From NCBI GenBank assembly GCA_964574865.1, contig CAZNOT010000001.1, forward strand, positions 1-61,611: 61,611 nucleotides of DNA. The letters run 5' to 3'. Below are positions 60,917-61,611 of the stretch, in pieces. A model generated the notes under the pieces. It did no database searches and was not told the origin of the DNA. It saw only the letters and a program-made list of their open reading frames with translations. Both the position numbers and the translations under genes were made by a program. The number at the start of each line of letters is the position of its first letter. Within the stretch, counting starts at the first letter, position 1. The stretch is from an uncultured Candidatus Saccharibacteria bacterium. Its GTDB lineage: Bacteria > Patescibacteriota > Minisyncoccia > Phycocordibacterales > JAACPR01.

Positions 60917-61166
60917 CCCGGTACCCGTCCTGTCGGCGACCTGGCGGGCTGATGCCAAACTTCGCACGTTCCGCCTCTATCTCTCTGGCCGCGGCGGCGA
61001 GGGTCGCCTCGTCGTCCAACGGGTCGCTCCTCCCTTCCTGAGCCCGGCGCGCCTCGAAAAGGCTAATTAGCTCCCTAATCTTAACGACGTCGTCCACCTC
61101 GGGCACAGGATCCTGCTCGGGCGTCACGTTCGGACTCATCGATTCCATTCCCATAGGTGCCGGCAT
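60906..61166 (-). CDS. small acidic hypothetical protein
   Basis: The 86-aa ORF has a TACAAT box overlapping the annotated ATG, so the true start may be one of the downstream Met codons (MGMESM). No family was recognised. Confidence 0.35.
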   Translation of the reverse strand: MPAPMGMESMSPNVTPEQDPVPEVDDVVKIRELISLFEARRAQEGRSDPLDDEATLAAAAREIEAERAKFGISPPGRRQDGYRDVA

Positions 61167-61228
61167 TGTACCAAAAAGAAAAGCCGCCCTTTCGGGAGGC
61201 TTTTCCGAACCGAAGTTCGCGGAGACGC

Positions 61229-61504
61229 TTACGCGCGGGTGAAGCGCGGGCGATCCTCGCGAGGCTTCGCGATGTTCACCGTGAGGGCGCGGCCGTCGAG
61301 CGGCTTGCCGTTCCAGGCGTCGATCGCGGCGTTGGCGCCAGCCTCGTCGGCCATTTCAACGAAACCGAAACCGCGGGAGCGGCCGGTGTCGCGGTCCATG
61401 ACGACAGAAGCGGAAACAACCTCGCCGCAGGCCGAGAAGGCCTGGCGGAGCGAGTCATCGGTCGACGAGAACGGGAGGTTCCCGACAAAGAGGCGCTGGG
61501 ACAT
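61229..61504 (-). CDS. RRM-type RNA-binding protein
   Basis: It has RNP2 (LFVGNL) and RNP1 (RGFGFVEM) motifs and is 91 aa long. Confidence 0.85.
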   Translation of the reverse strand: MSQRLFVGNLPFSSTDDSLRQAFSACGEVVSASVVMDRDTGRSRGFGFVEMADEAGANAAIDAWNGKPLDGRALTVNIAKPREDRPRFTRA

Positions 61505-61611
61505 TTGGGTCGTGCTTGATCTATCTAACGGGCCCGAACGGGTCGTGGCTCCGATCAGAGCGGGGACCTGGGGCCCGTGGGACTAGCACGGCCAAGGGCC
61601 AGACTTCTGAC

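Overview
This is a visibly GC-rich bacterial chromosomal segment (roughly two-thirds G+C by eye, not computed). It is densely packed with housekeeping genes, about 50 of roughly 60 on the minus strand.

Recognisable content:
- Secretion, division and repair: secD/secF, a SEDS (FtsW/RodA) protein, ftsK, recA, recO, and secE-nusG-rplK (secE is below the ORF-track size cutoff and was found by hand).
- Translation: efp, rpsF-ssb-rpsR, and five aminoacyl-tRNA synthetases (Met, Gly, Ile, Arg, Tyr).
- Nucleotide metabolism: a thymidylate/folate module (tmk, glyA, thyX-like, dcd, folD) and nrdAB.
- rRNA: a 23S-5S operon without an adjacent 16S.
- Surface proteins: a pilin-like protein with Cys/Asp repeats, a lamin-tail/PKD protein, and a very acidic peptidoglycan-binding protein.

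Several hallmarks suggest a Patescibacteria/CPR (Parcubacteria-like) genome. These are the unlinked 23S-5S, an insertion in the 23S, rplK without rplA, rpsR without rplI, and the type of surface proteins. This is an inference, not a demonstrated placement.

No CRISPR array, transposase, integrase, prophage or obvious defence island was seen.

Most notable observations:
1. A complete histidine-phosphatase (PGAM-like) domain is inserted in frame inside IleRS.
2. A 313-nt ORF-less group-I-like intron sits in the peptidyl-transferase region of the 23S.
3. A ~100-nt terminator-associated repeat family has six copies sharing a GTAC-N4-GTAC hairpin tip.
4. A second family of AT-rich, heptamer-periodic imperfect palindromes has four copies; two of them carry identical promoter architecture.
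5. The pilin-like gene is built from nucleotide-identical Cys/Asp-rich modules.

Many long ORFs in the supplied track are antisense or out-of-frame shadows typical of high-GC DNA and were not called. Several real genes needed their starts moved to internal start codons.
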